A DNA stretch of 64,000 nt, taken from contig CAZHVE010000001.1 of assembly GCA_964535705.1 (NCBI GenBank), forward strand, positions 56,960 through 120,959, written 5' to 3'. The notes beneath the pieces were generated by a model, which was given only the letters and a program-made list of their open reading frames with translations, had not been told where the DNA came from and ran no database searches. Made by a program: the position numbers and the translations under genes. The stretch is from an uncultured Flavobacterium sp. Its GTDB lineage: Bacteria; Bacteroidota; Bacteroidia; Flavobacteriales; Flavobacteriaceae. The first letter of the stretch is position 1. Each line of letters starts with the position of its first letter. Positions 26,064 through 34,758 of this stretch are shown piece by piece.

Positions 26064-28282
26064 ATATTTTTCAATATTTCCATAGCAACCGCTCTAGCCA
26101 TTAGTGGGGGAACTGCGTTCCCTACTAATGTAAATTGGGGAACTTCAAATTTACGTTTATTTCCACCTGTTGAGCGTTTTCCTTGAAAAACAAAAGAATC
26201 ATCAAATGATTGAAGTCTAGCCATTTCACGAACAGTTAATGCTCTTGGATTTGAATAATGAATATAATCATCCGCTATAGTCATAATTGTAGAACTTTGT
26301 CCTTCGGGTTTTAATACAGTATAACTTCTTTTGTCAGATTCTAAACCTATTTCTTTAAGATTCGACTTTGCAGATTCATAGTTTCCTGATTTCAAAATAA
26401 CATTTAATCTTTTAATTACATCACTATTTTGCTTGCTTGTTTTATGATTTTGTAATGGTGCAACTAAATGAGCTAAGGTATTTTCAAGTTCTTCAAAATT
26501 CCTAACATAAAACGGATTCTTTGCATTTGCAAATCGTCCATTTAAACGTCCTTTTTTTGACCATTCAGAATAACTTAATCCATCATTATCATTTGGCTTT
26601 CCATCAATGTTTCTTTTTTGAATTAATTTTTTCATTTTTTCAGTAGAGCCATTGTATTGAGCTTTTAAATCTATTTTTTCATAATCAAATCTTTCATCAT
26701 CATTTCCGACAAAATCCAAATCATAAATAGCTTCAAAAACATTAACCTTTTCATTGTGTTTTACGGTTGCTGGAACATCATTTATAAGTTTTTGGTCTTT
26801 TCTACAACCAATAAATAAAACCCTTTCACGGTTTTGTGGCACTCCATAATTTGATGCTAATGCAACAAATGGTTGCTCAATATTATATAGTCTTATTTTT
26901 GATAAAATAGTTTCAAATTCTTTCTCTTTATTTGCTTTTGTCACAAATAAATCGAGTCCTTTTACACATTCATCAAAAGAGTAATCAAATATTTCAAGTG
27001 CAGTAATAATTTGTTTTACGTCATCTAAAAAAACTTCATTTGGTTTTAAATTATTAAAAGCGGTATGAATTTTATTTATAATTGTTTCAGACTCTATTGA
27101 AGTTAAAAAAAAATCAAAATCATCAGCAAAAAAATCGTTGTCCACATTTGAAAATGCTTTTTCGTTTATAACTTTTTTTCTAATATATTCAAGTTCTTTA
27201 ACACGTTTTAAAAGATTAAATCCGTGACGAATTGTGCTTATGTTTTTATCTGTTTTACTCGTCTTGTAATCAACAATTTTAGGTGTTAATAATCTGAATT
27301 TATTTTCTAAATTATTAATGTAATTGTTCTTTAAAGCATCAAGTTCTTTATCAGTAGATTTCTCAAATTGCAAACGCAAATTGTAACACTCCAAAATAAA
27401 AGATTGCTCAATTTCAACTTTTTTAAGTTGAGCAACAAAATGAATAAGTTGACTAAATTCTTTTAAATCTACAATCGATCTAATTTCTTGCAAAATCATA
27501 TCTTTAATTTTGCCTTGTTCTTTTGTCAAAATTCCTTTGACATTTTCCATAACAAAATACTTAGGACGTAATTGTCTTATTACTTTTAAATAATGTGCAA
27601 ATAAATCATCTTTTTTATCAAATTTTTTTCTTTTACCAGCCAAACTAAAACTTTGGCAAGGTGGACCGCCACAAACAATATCAATCTCTTTATCTCCTAT
27701 TTTTTTTAAAAAATTATCTAAAAAATCTGGCTCTGTAATGTCTTGACGAAGAAATTCAGCATCTAAACCTAGTTGGTAATTATATCTTGCCAAATGCGTA
27801 AGTTCACAATTTTCATTTATATCACTACCTAATCTAAAATCATAATATTTGTTTCCGTATTCAGCTTGAAGAAAGCCTTCGCTAAATCCACCCGCACCAG
27901 CGAATAAGTCCACAAAAGTAATTTTAGATTTCTTTTCATATTCAGTTGAAGGTTCTGAAACAATATTAATATCAGTGTTTTCTCTTCTACTATTAACCAA
28001 CGAAGCGATTTTTTCTTTAATTTTTTTATCCGTAAAATTAGAATGTAATTCAGTTTCAAAATATTTTTCAACTTCTTGTTTTAAAAAATTTAAAAACTTA
28101 TTTATTGACTTATGAGAATATTCGGAATCCTTTACCAACTGATTGGTATTATCCCAATCTTTCTTCATTATCTTTTCACCAGTTGCAACTTTGATTTGCA
28201 AATCTTTTTGACGCAATACCAAATGAATTGGAAATCTTTTGCTTTTATCTTCTTTATCGAGGTAGAACTTAACATTTATCAT
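26057..28282 (-). CDS. dcm: DNA (cytosine-5)-methyltransferase with N-terminal integrase Arm DNA-binding domain
   Basis: FVDLFAGAGG (I), GGPPCQSFS (IV), ENV (VI), YGVPQNRER (VIII), LTVREMARLQSF (IX), VGNAVPP (X). N-terminus VKFYLDK...PIHLVL...KVATGEKI...WD...IN..L is Arm-DNA-bind_5-like. Confidence 0.9.
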   Translation of the reverse strand: MINVKFYLDKEDKSKRFPIHLVLRQKDLQIKVATGEKIMKKDWDNTNQLVKDSEYSHKSINKFLNFLKQEVEKYFETELHSNFTDKKIKEKIASLVNSRRENTDINIVSEPSTEYEKKSKITFVDLFAGAGGFSEGFLQAEYGNKYYDFRLGSDINENCELTHLARYNYQLGLDAEFLRQDITEPDFLDNFLKKIGDKEIDIVCGGPPCQSFSLAGKRKKFDKKDDLFAHYLKVIRQLRPKYFVMENVKGILTKEQGKIKDMILQEIRSIVDLKEFSQLIHFVAQLKKVEIEQSFILECYNLRLQFEKSTDKELDALKNNYINNLENKFRLLTPKIVDYKTSKTDKNISTIRHGFNLLKRVKELEYIRKKVINEKAFSNVDNDFFADDFDFFLTSIESETIINKIHTAFNNLKPNEVFLDDVKQIITALEIFDYSFDECVKGLDLFVTKANKEKEFETILSKIRLYNIEQPFVALASNYGVPQNRERVLFIGCRKDQKLINDVPATVKHNEKVNVFEAIYDLDFVGNDDERFDYEKIDLKAQYNGSTEKMKKLIQKRNIDGKPNDNDGLSYSEWSKKGRLNGRFANAKNPFYVRNFEELENTLAHLVAPLQNHKTSKQNSDVIKRLNVILKSGNYESAKSNLKEIGLESDKRSYTVLKPEGQSSTIMTIADDYIHYSNPRALTVREMARLQSFDDSFVFQGKRSTGGNKRKFEVPQFTLVGNAVPPLMARAVAMEILKNIQ

Positions 28283-28284
28283 TT

Positions 28285-28339
28285 TACGGACGTTTTTACG
28301 GATACGGACAAATTTACGGACAAATTTTAAATACACAAG
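28285..28339 (-). promoter_or_regulatory. MTase promoter overlaid by four TACGGA direct repeats
   Basis: Repeats at 28285, 28297, 28303, 28315 (last two are a perfect 12-bp tandem TACGGACAAATT). Minus-strand CTTG-N19-TAAATTTG with the -7 element at 28309-28316. Confidence 0.7.
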
Positions 28340-28399
28340 AAAAAAAGGATATATTTTTGAAAACTATAAATTAAAACAAGTAGATTTGAAGTAAATAAA

Positions 28400-28548
28400 G
28401 GGCGGCTTGTAACAGCGCCTACAAAAAATTGGCGGTTCAGTGCTTCGTATGACAGTTTTGTGGTCTAACAAACATTTATTCTTCGTATGAACATTTGTGG
28501 TAAAAATCGCCAACTTCTTGCAGCAGCAACCCGTTACCAGTAATTTTT
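28400..28548 (+). repeat. attC-like site 2
   Basis: GTAAC...GTTAC ends; arms CTACAAAAAATTGGCGGTT / AATCGCCAACTTCTTGCAG form an imperfect hairpin that pairs better on the bottom strand. Confidence 0.7.
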
Positions 28549-28584
28549 CGAAAGTGTAAAAAAAACAAACTTTTTCTTAGAGTA

Positions 28585-28601
28585 TTACCAATTTTTGGTA
28601 A
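28585..28601. promoter_or_regulatory. Probable ParD operator palindrome
   Basis: TTACCAA-TTT-TTGGTAA overlapping a TAACTTTA -7-like element upstream of parD. Confidence 0.55.
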
Positions 28602-28622
28602 CTTTACAGAAAATAAAAAATT

Positions 28623-28871
28623 ATGGGACGTAACACATCAGTTTCTTTAGGAGACTATTTTGAAAATTTTGTTGATAATACTGTTTCTGAAGGCAGATTT
28701 AAAAATGCAAGTGAAGTTATTCGAGCAGGTTTAAGATTATTGGAAGAAGAAGAAAACAAAATAGTTGCTCTTAAGAAAGCAATTAGCGAAGGTGTTGAAA
28801 GTGGATTTGTTGAAAATTTTAATCCTAAAAAACATCTTGAATTACTAAAAGCCAAAAAACGAAATGGCTAG
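28623..28871 (+). CDS. parD: ParD-family antitoxin (RHH)
   Basis: NTSVSLG...GRFKNASEVIRAGLRLLEE motif. Confidence 0.92.
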   Translation: MGRNTSVSLGDYFENFVDNTVSEGRFKNASEVIRAGLRLLEEEENKIVALKKAISEGVESGFVENFNPKKHLELLKAKKRNG

Positions 28872-29163
28872 ATACATTCTTACCAACAAAGCTGTTGAAG
28901 ACTTATCAAAAATTTGGGAATATACATATGAAGTTTGGTCAGAGAATCAAGCTGACAAATATTATTTTGAGTTATTAGTTGATTGTCAAGAATTGGCTGA
29001 AAATCAATCTTTAGGTAAAAATTATAATGAAATAGAAAAAAATATTTTTGGTTTTAAGTCTAGTCAACATCTTATTTTTTATAGAATACTGAATACAGCA
29101 AAAATAGAAATTATTAGAATTTTGCACTCAAGAATGGATTTGAAAAATAGAATTCAAGAATAA
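28864..29163 (+). CDS. parE: RelE/ParE-family toxin
   Basis: LTNKAVEDLSKIWEYT...W...QADKY...IIRILHSRMD. Confidence 0.92.
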   Translation: MARYILTNKAVEDLSKIWEYTYEVWSENQADKYYFELLVDCQELAENQSLGKNYNEIEKNIFGFKSSQHLIFYRILNTAKIEIIRILHSRMDLKNRIQE

Positions 29164-29304
29164 AAAACTACTGGTAATCCCCGTTTGAAGCAATTGCTGC
29201 AATTGCTTAAACCAGTTGTCGTTTTCCGCTGGAAAATCTTATCTTAGCAGGAAATAATGGTTCACGAAGCCGCTACACTGGCTTCAAGCCGCGAAACGTT
29301 AAAC
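29163..29304 (+). repeat. attC-like site 3
   Basis: Begins at the parE stop: CTACTGGTAAT...CGTTTGAAGC ... GCTTCAAGCCGCGAAACGTTAAAC. Confidence 0.65.
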
Positions 29305-29409
29305 AATCCTCCCGTCTTCCATTGTAATAATCCTATTGGTTCTTTTGGCAAAATCAATATCGTGGGTGACAATCAACAAAGTTTGGTTGTTTTCTTGGGT
29401 CAGTTTTTT
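29299..29409 (-). pseudogene. 3' remnant of a LolD/MacB-type ABC ATPase
   Basis: Minus strand KKLTQENNQTLLIVTHDIDFAKRTNRIITMEDGRIV* (H-loop VTHD). Confidence 0.75.
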
Positions 29410-29565
29410 ATGAAACAGGAAAGACTACTTAGAAAAAATATAGAAAGGAATGATACTATCGTAGCCCTCATTTTTGATACTTTTAAAAACTATTGATAAA
29501 TGGGTAGAATTTTTCACACTCAAACACACGACAAAAAAGCGTCGTTTTATCACTAAAAAATTGAG

Positions 29566-30063
29566 CTACAAATTCAACTCCATTTTATAATCTTCCATGA
29601 AATAGCCTTGCCCAATAGCTATATCTTCCTCAGCAACAATTTCAAAACCCATTTTTTGATAAAAAATAAAAGCCTTGTTGAATCGGTTCACATTCAAAGA
29701 AAGGGTGTCGGAGCGGTTTTCTTTGGCTAAAGCCACAATTTTGTCCAGCATCAATTTCCCCAATCCTCTACCATGAGCATCCGGGAGAAGGTATAATTTG
29801 TGCAATCGGGTGCAGTTGGTATTCAAATAATGGTGTTCATAAGAGGTATAGCCAAGGCAATCTGTATCTTCTTTTAGCAACAAAAAATGATGTCCTATGT
29901 TCACTAGCTTATCCGTCAAAGTTTCTTCGGAATAGAAACTATCCAACATAAAATTGATTTGCGCTTTGGATAAGATTTCAGCATAGACCACTGGCCATGT
30001 TGCAAAGGCTATTTTCCGAATTGTTTTGAAATCTTTTATCGTAGCCTCAGAAATTGTTATCAT
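29566..30063 (-). CDS. GNAT N-acetyltransferase
   Basis: LHKLYLLPDAHGRGLG, LNVNRFN, FYQKMGF. Confidence 0.9.
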   Translation of the reverse strand: MITISEATIKDFKTIRKIAFATWPVVYAEILSKAQINFMLDSFYSEETLTDKLVNIGHHFLLLKEDTDCLGYTSYEHHYLNTNCTRLHKLYLLPDAHGRGLGKLMLDKIVALAKENRSDTLSLNVNRFNKAFIFYQKMGFEIVAEEDIAIGQGYFMEDYKMELNL

Positions 30064-30137
30064 GATGGGTGTATGAATTTCGTTAGAAACTTCAAATTGT
30101 ATTCAGATACAGAAAAACTACAAAAGCAGGCTACATA

Positions 30138-30665
30138 CTAATCGAGCTTGCCATCAAAATAGGACATCCATTTTCCTTGTACTTTCATAACCTGTTCAAT
30201 AACGTCACGAGCGGCTCCTTTCCCTCCGTTTCTATGGGAAATATAACTAGAAATGGCTTTGATCTCTGGGCTTGAATCTTGGGGACAAGTTGGTAATCCT
30301 ACTAATTGCATCACATGATAATCGGGAATATCATCACCCATATACAAAACCTGTTCTGGTTTAATATCGTAAAGTTCGATGTATTCCTTAAAAGTGGCTA
30401 CTTTGTCAGGCGTTCCCAAATAAATGTCCGTAATACCCAGATTTCTCAATCGCACCCGAACTCCCTCGTTACTCCCTCCTGAAATAATGCATACGTTATA
30501 CCCACTTTCTACGGCGGCTTTCATCGCATAGCCATCGCGAATATTCATCACCCGCAGAATCTCCCCTTCATTGGTCACAAAAACGGAACTGTCGGTGAGA
30601 ACTCCATCGACATCAAAAATAAAAGTGGTGATGTCGTTCATTATTTGTTTATAGCTTTTTGCCAT
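30138..30665 (-). CDS. kdsC: KDO-8-phosphate phosphatase (HAD)
   Basis: FDVDGVLTD, RDGY, GDDIPD, GGKGAARDV. Confidence 0.85.
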   Translation of the reverse strand: MAKSYKQIMNDITTFIFDVDGVLTDSSVFVTNEGEILRVMNIRDGYAMKAAVESGYNVCIISGGSNEGVRVRLRNLGITDIYLGTPDKVATFKEYIELYDIKPEQVLYMGDDIPDYHVMQLVGLPTCPQDSSPEIKAISSYISHRNGGKGAARDVIEQVMKVQGKWMSYFDGKLD

Positions 30666-31410
30666 TATTTTGTATGGATTGGGTTATTATTTTATAGATA
30701 TTTTTCCGGTTTTCGTCTGATAAAAAATTCAAATGACGCTCAATGGTTTGCTTGTCATTGCGACTAGCAGGACCTGTTTGCACCTCTTTTGGCGAAAGTG
30801 TTGTTCCCTTATTTGCTGTTTCCAAAATTAAGGGTTTTAAAACTTCAAAAGGAATATTATTTTCAAGGCAAATTTCATTGCCAATTTGGTATAGCTGATT
30901 CACAAAATTATTGACAAAAACTGCCGAAACGTGCAAGGCTTGTCTTTGCAACTCAGTAATTTTTAAAACTTTATTGGAAATTGAGTCAGCTACTTTTCCC
31001 AATAGGTCAAAATCTACCTCATTTTCACTTTCCAAACAAATGGGAATTCCACTGAAATCAACAACCACATTTTTCGAAAAAGTTTGTACGGGATAAAAAA
31101 CTCCTCTCCTATTCTTAGAGTCCAATAGATCAATGGAAATACTTCCCGAAGTATGGACAACAAGGCGTTTTTCGAAAGGCAATTGAGAAGAAACCGCCGC
31201 AATGGCATCATCAGAAACCGCTAAAATATATAGGTCAGCTTCAGCCAAATCAGCATATTTATCGGTGATTTTATGAGAATCTAAAAGGGGTACTAATGAT
31301 TCTTTTTGTCTTGAAAACACTTGTACCAAATCGATTTTTTTGCTTTTGGAAAAAGCATGTATCAAATGTTGGGCAACATTTCCGGAACCAATAATTATCA
31401 CTTTAAGCAT
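30649..31410 (-). CDS. Rossmann-like and DUF2520-domain protein
   Basis: GSGNVA, HTSGS, FYPVQTFS, QTGPASRND. Confidence 0.88.
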   Translation of the reverse strand: MLKVIIIGSGNVAQHLIHAFSKSKKIDLVQVFSRQKESLVPLLDSHKITDKYADLAEADLYILAVSDDAIAAVSSQLPFEKRLVVHTSGSISIDLLDSKNRRGVFYPVQTFSKNVVVDFSGIPICLESENEVDFDLLGKVADSISNKVLKITELQRQALHVSAVFVNNFVNQLYQIGNEICLENNIPFEVLKPLILETANKGTTLSPKEVQTGPASRNDKQTIERHLNFLSDENRKNIYKIITQSIQNNGKKL

Positions 31411-31597
31411 TGGACAAAATTAGCAAAAAAAAATAAAAACCAATACTCGATGTCAACAATTGAAATTCAAAAAGAAATTACAATAAAACTGCCCTTTATA
31501 AGTCTTAATTTTAGATTAAATTAACAATTGTACAAATAAGCAAGTGAACAATTTTAAGTACTTTTGTCCCACTTACACAAAATGTAATTTCTTACAG

Positions 31598-34500
31598 ATG
31601 AATTCAAAATTAGTTTCCATTTTATTCTCCACACGTTTAATGGCGATGCTTTTCCTGACTTTTGCCATTACAATGGGTGCCGGAACTTTTATCGAAAGCA
31701 AATACAATACCGATACCGCCCGAATTTTAGTCTATAATGCTTGGTGGTTTGAAGGAATCATGTTGCTTTTTATGATCAATTTTATAGGAAACATTAAACG
31801 CTATCAGCTGCTAAGAAAAGAAAAATGGGCTACCCTCTTGTTGCATTTGTCTTTTGTTTTTATCATCACCGGAGCTTTTATTACCCGATACATCAGTTAT
31901 GAAGGCATGATGCCCATTCGCGAAGGTGCTGCCGAAAATAAATTTTATTCAGACAAGATATACCTCACCCTTTTTGTCGACGGGGAATATAAAGGCGAAA
32001 TGAAACGAAGAGTTTTCGAAAAACCGTTGTTGCTTTCGCCAGTTACCAATAATGATTTTTCAATTTCAGACCACTTTGCCGACACCCAATTCAAGATAAA
32101 GTATGACAACTTTATTCTGGGGGCAAAACAAATTATCAAACCCGATGCAAAAGGGGTTTTATATTTGAAATTAGTGGAAGCCGGAGACAGCGGTCGGGAA
32201 GAACATTTCCTGAAAGAGGGAGAAGTTCAAAACATTCATAACGTTCTTTTTGCCTTAAATAAATTTACGCAAGGTGCTATAAACATTACTATAGAAGGAA
32301 ACACTTCCACAATTCAAACGCCATTTGAAGGGAATTTTATGCGCATGGCTGACAAATTACAAGGAAAAGTTGTCAAAGATATAACACAACCCTTAATGAT
32401 GCGTTCGTTATACAGCATTGGAGAAAAACGTTTTGTTTTTCCCGATCCCGCTGAAAAGGGGGTGATAGATTATGAATCAAAAAATGATTTTAAATCGAAG
32501 GAAGGAGATAATGCTTTGACAGTAAAAGTACTGGCTGATGGACAAGAGAAATCGGTAACGGTGTTGGGAACCAAAGGCAAAATTGGAGAATCTAAATCGG
32601 TTAAAATTGGTGATTTAGACTACACTTTTTTCTATGGAAGCAAGGCCTACACCCTGCCTTTTAATATCAAACTCAATGATTTTATTGCTCAAAAATATCC
32701 TGGAACAGAGAAAAGTTATTCTTCTTTTGAAAGCCAAGTTACCGTTCAAGACTCTATTAAACCTTTTGATGCCAGAATATACATGAATCACGTTTTGGAT
32801 CATAAAGGATTCCGATTTTTTCAATCTTCATTCGATCCGGACGAAAAAGGAACCGTGTTATCCGTAAACCATGATTTCTGGGGAACTTTGATTACGTATA
32901 TTGGTTATTTTATGTTGTTTTTTGCCATGATGTCGATACTGTTTACCAGTCATTCCCGATTTGCTGATTTGAAACGAAAACTGGAAGTGGTGAAAGATAA
33001 AAAATCGAAACTGATTCCAATGTTAGTTTTATTGTTCGGTTTTACAGCTTTCGCCCAAAATCATTCCGCACATGCTCCAAGCCTGAAAGAATTAGACTCC
33101 CTAATCAATAAACGCAAAGTAACCGAGGTTCACGCGGCTAAATTCGGAAGATTGATTGTTCAAGATGCCGGCGGAAGAATGAAACCCATAAATACCTTCT
33201 CGTCTGAATTGTTGCGAAAAGTAAGCCACAAAGACAGCTATAACGGAATGAATTCGGATCAGGTCTTTTTATCGATGATAGCCGATGGAAATCTCTGGAT
33301 ACAAGTTCCCATGATTTATATCAAGGCCGGAAACGACAGTATTCGAAAAATTATTGGTCTCGACAAGAATGCAAAATACGCTTCTTTTATATCCTTTTTT
33401 GACACCACTGGGAATTATAAATTAGGGCCTTATTTAGGTGATGCCTACAAGAATGCAAATCCCAACCAATTCGAAAAAGATTTTATCGAAACCGATAAAA
33501 AAGTAAATCTGATGGACAACGCGCTAAGCGGAAGCATTTTGAAAGTTTTTCCTATACCAGATGACAAAAACAACAAATGGATTTCTTATGCCGAATTAGA
33601 GCATGCCGGTTTAAAAGGAATGGCAGCAACCTATACCCGCAGTGTTATGCCCTTGTATTTTGGCGCATTAGACCGCGCTAAAACTAACAATAATTACAAA
33701 CAAGCTGATGAATTATTGGAGAGTATCAATGGATTCCAGAAAAAATTTGGTAGCAAAGTAAGGCCAAGTGAAGAAAAAATAAATCTCGAAATCCTGTATA
33801 ATAAATATGACATACTACCAAAATTGTTTTATTATTATTTGTTGGGTGGTATTTTTATGTTGGTGTTTGCATTATTAAACATCTTCTTTGATAGAAAAAT
33901 ATGGAGAATAACAGTCAATACATTTCATGTTTTGATTGGTTTCTTTTTTGGCCTGCATACTTTGGCTTTAATCGCCCGCTGGTGTATTTCCGGTCACGCG
34001 CCTTGGAGTAATGCCTATGAGGCCATCGTATATGTAGCTTTGGCTACCATGTTTTTTGGATTGGCCTTTGACCGAAAATCAAAACTTACCGTGGCTTCGG
34101 CGGCTTTTGTTACCTCCATGATTTTTATGGCTGCCAACGCCAATTGGATTGATCCAGAAATAGCCAATCTCCAACCCGTATTAAACTCCTATTGGTTGAT
34201 GATACACGTGGCGGTAATCGTGGCAAGTTATGGCCCATTTGCCTTGGGAATGATTTTGGGAACCGTTTCCTTACTGTTGATTCTGTTTACCAACGAGAAA
34301 AACAAAGCTAAAATGAATTTAAACATCAAAGAAATCACTTATATCAACGAAATGTCATTAACGATTGGCTTGATTATGTTAACGATTGGTAATTTCCTTG
34401 GTGGACAATGGGCAAATGAAAGTTGGGGCCGCTACTGGGGTTGGGATCCAAAAGAAACTTGGGCATTAATCAGTATTATGGTGTATGCTTTTGTAATTCA

Positions 34501-34741
34501 CTCTCGTTTTGTACCTTCACTTAGAGGGAAATGGTTTTTTAATTTGATGAGTATTTTTGCCTTCTTATCCATTTTGTTCACTTATTACGGCGTGAATTTT
34601 CACTTGGTTGGACTGCATTCCTATGCCAGTGGCGAAGCTCACTCCTTAGCTTGGATTTGGTATTCATTAGGAACAATTTCGTTGTTTGGAGCAATCACCT
34701 ACCCAAAATACAAGAAGTATTATAAAAAGTTACCTAATTAA
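31598..34741 (+). CDS. ccsA: Cytochrome c biogenesis protein CcsBA fusion (system II)
   Basis: WWD motif WANESWGRYWGWDPKETWA, GLHSYA, ResB-like N-terminal region. Confidence 0.9.
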   Translation: MNSKLVSILFSTRLMAMLFLTFAITMGAGTFIESKYNTDTARILVYNAWWFEGIMLLFMINFIGNIKRYQLLRKEKWATLLLHLSFVFIITGAFITRYISYEGMMPIREGAAENKFYSDKIYLTLFVDGEYKGEMKRRVFEKPLLLSPVTNNDFSISDHFADTQFKIKYDNFILGAKQIIKPDAKGVLYLKLVEAGDSGREEHFLKEGEVQNIHNVLFALNKFTQGAINITIEGNTSTIQTPFEGNFMRMADKLQGKVVKDITQPLMMRSLYSIGEKRFVFPDPAEKGVIDYESKNDFKSKEGDNALTVKVLADGQEKSVTVLGTKGKIGESKSVKIGDLDYTFFYGSKAYTLPFNIKLNDFIAQKYPGTEKSYSSFESQVTVQDSIKPFDARIYMNHVLDHKGFRFFQSSFDPDEKGTVLSVNHDFWGTLITYIGYFMLFFAMMSILFTSHSRFADLKRKLEVVKDKKSKLIPMLVLLFGFTAFAQNHSAHAPSLKELDSLINKRKVTEVHAAKFGRLIVQDAGGRMKPINTFSSELLRKVSHKDSYNGMNSDQVFLSMIADGNLWIQVPMIYIKAGNDSIRKIIGLDKNAKYASFISFFDTTGNYKLGPYLGDAYKNANPNQFEKDFIETDKKVNLMDNALSGSILKVFPIPDDKNNKWISYAELEHAGLKGMAATYTRSVMPLYFGALDRAKTNNNYKQADELLESINGFQKKFGSKVRPSEEKINLEILYNKYDILPKLFYYYLLGGIFMLVFALLNIFFDRKIWRITVNTFHVLIGFFFGLHTLALIARWCISGHAPWSNAYEAIVYVALATMFFGLAFDRKSKLTVASAAFVTSMIFMAANANWIDPEIANLQPVLNSYWLMIHVAVIVASYGPFALGMILGTVSLLLILFTNEKNKAKMNLNIKEITYINEMSLTIGLIMLTIGNFLGGQWANESWGRYWGWDPKETWALISIMVYAFVIHSRFVPSLRGKWFFNLMSIFAFLSILFTYYGVNFHLVGLHSYASGEAHSLAWIWYSLGTISLFGAITYPKYKKYYKKLPN

Positions 34742-34758
34742 TTCTAAAAAAAAACCAT

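Larger units (their letters stand above)
24997..28533 (+). mobile_element. Integron-like gene cassette 1 (restriction-modification)
   Basis: Left core TTACAAGCAACCCT is complementary to right box AGGGCGGCTTGTAA (12/14). Confidence 0.65.
28534..29298 (+). mobile_element. Integron-like gene cassette 2 (ParDE)
   Basis: Left core GTTACCAGTAATTTTT vs right box AAAAACTACTGGTAAT: 14/16 complementary. Confidence 0.7.

Noticed and set aside
26888..27466. Intein in the methyltransferase
   Set aside because: No Cys/Ser start, His-Asn end or LAGLIDADG motifs visible
28285..28326. CRISPR-like array
   Set aside because: Repeats are 6-12 bp with no spacers, and there are no cas genes
28283..28336. N-terminal extension MYLKFVRKFVRIRKNVRK of the MTase in the ORF track
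   Set aside because: It is the translation of the promoter repeats; the ATG at 28282 fits the domain start and promoter position
29257..29496. 79-aa plus-strand ORF
   Set aside because: Spans an att-like site and the antisense of the ABC remnant; shadow ORF
24047..29500. Classical tRNA-integrated island with a duplicated tRNA 3' end
   Set aside because: I found no second copy of the tRNA 3' end and no catalytic integrase; the boundaries are better explained by the att-like hairpins
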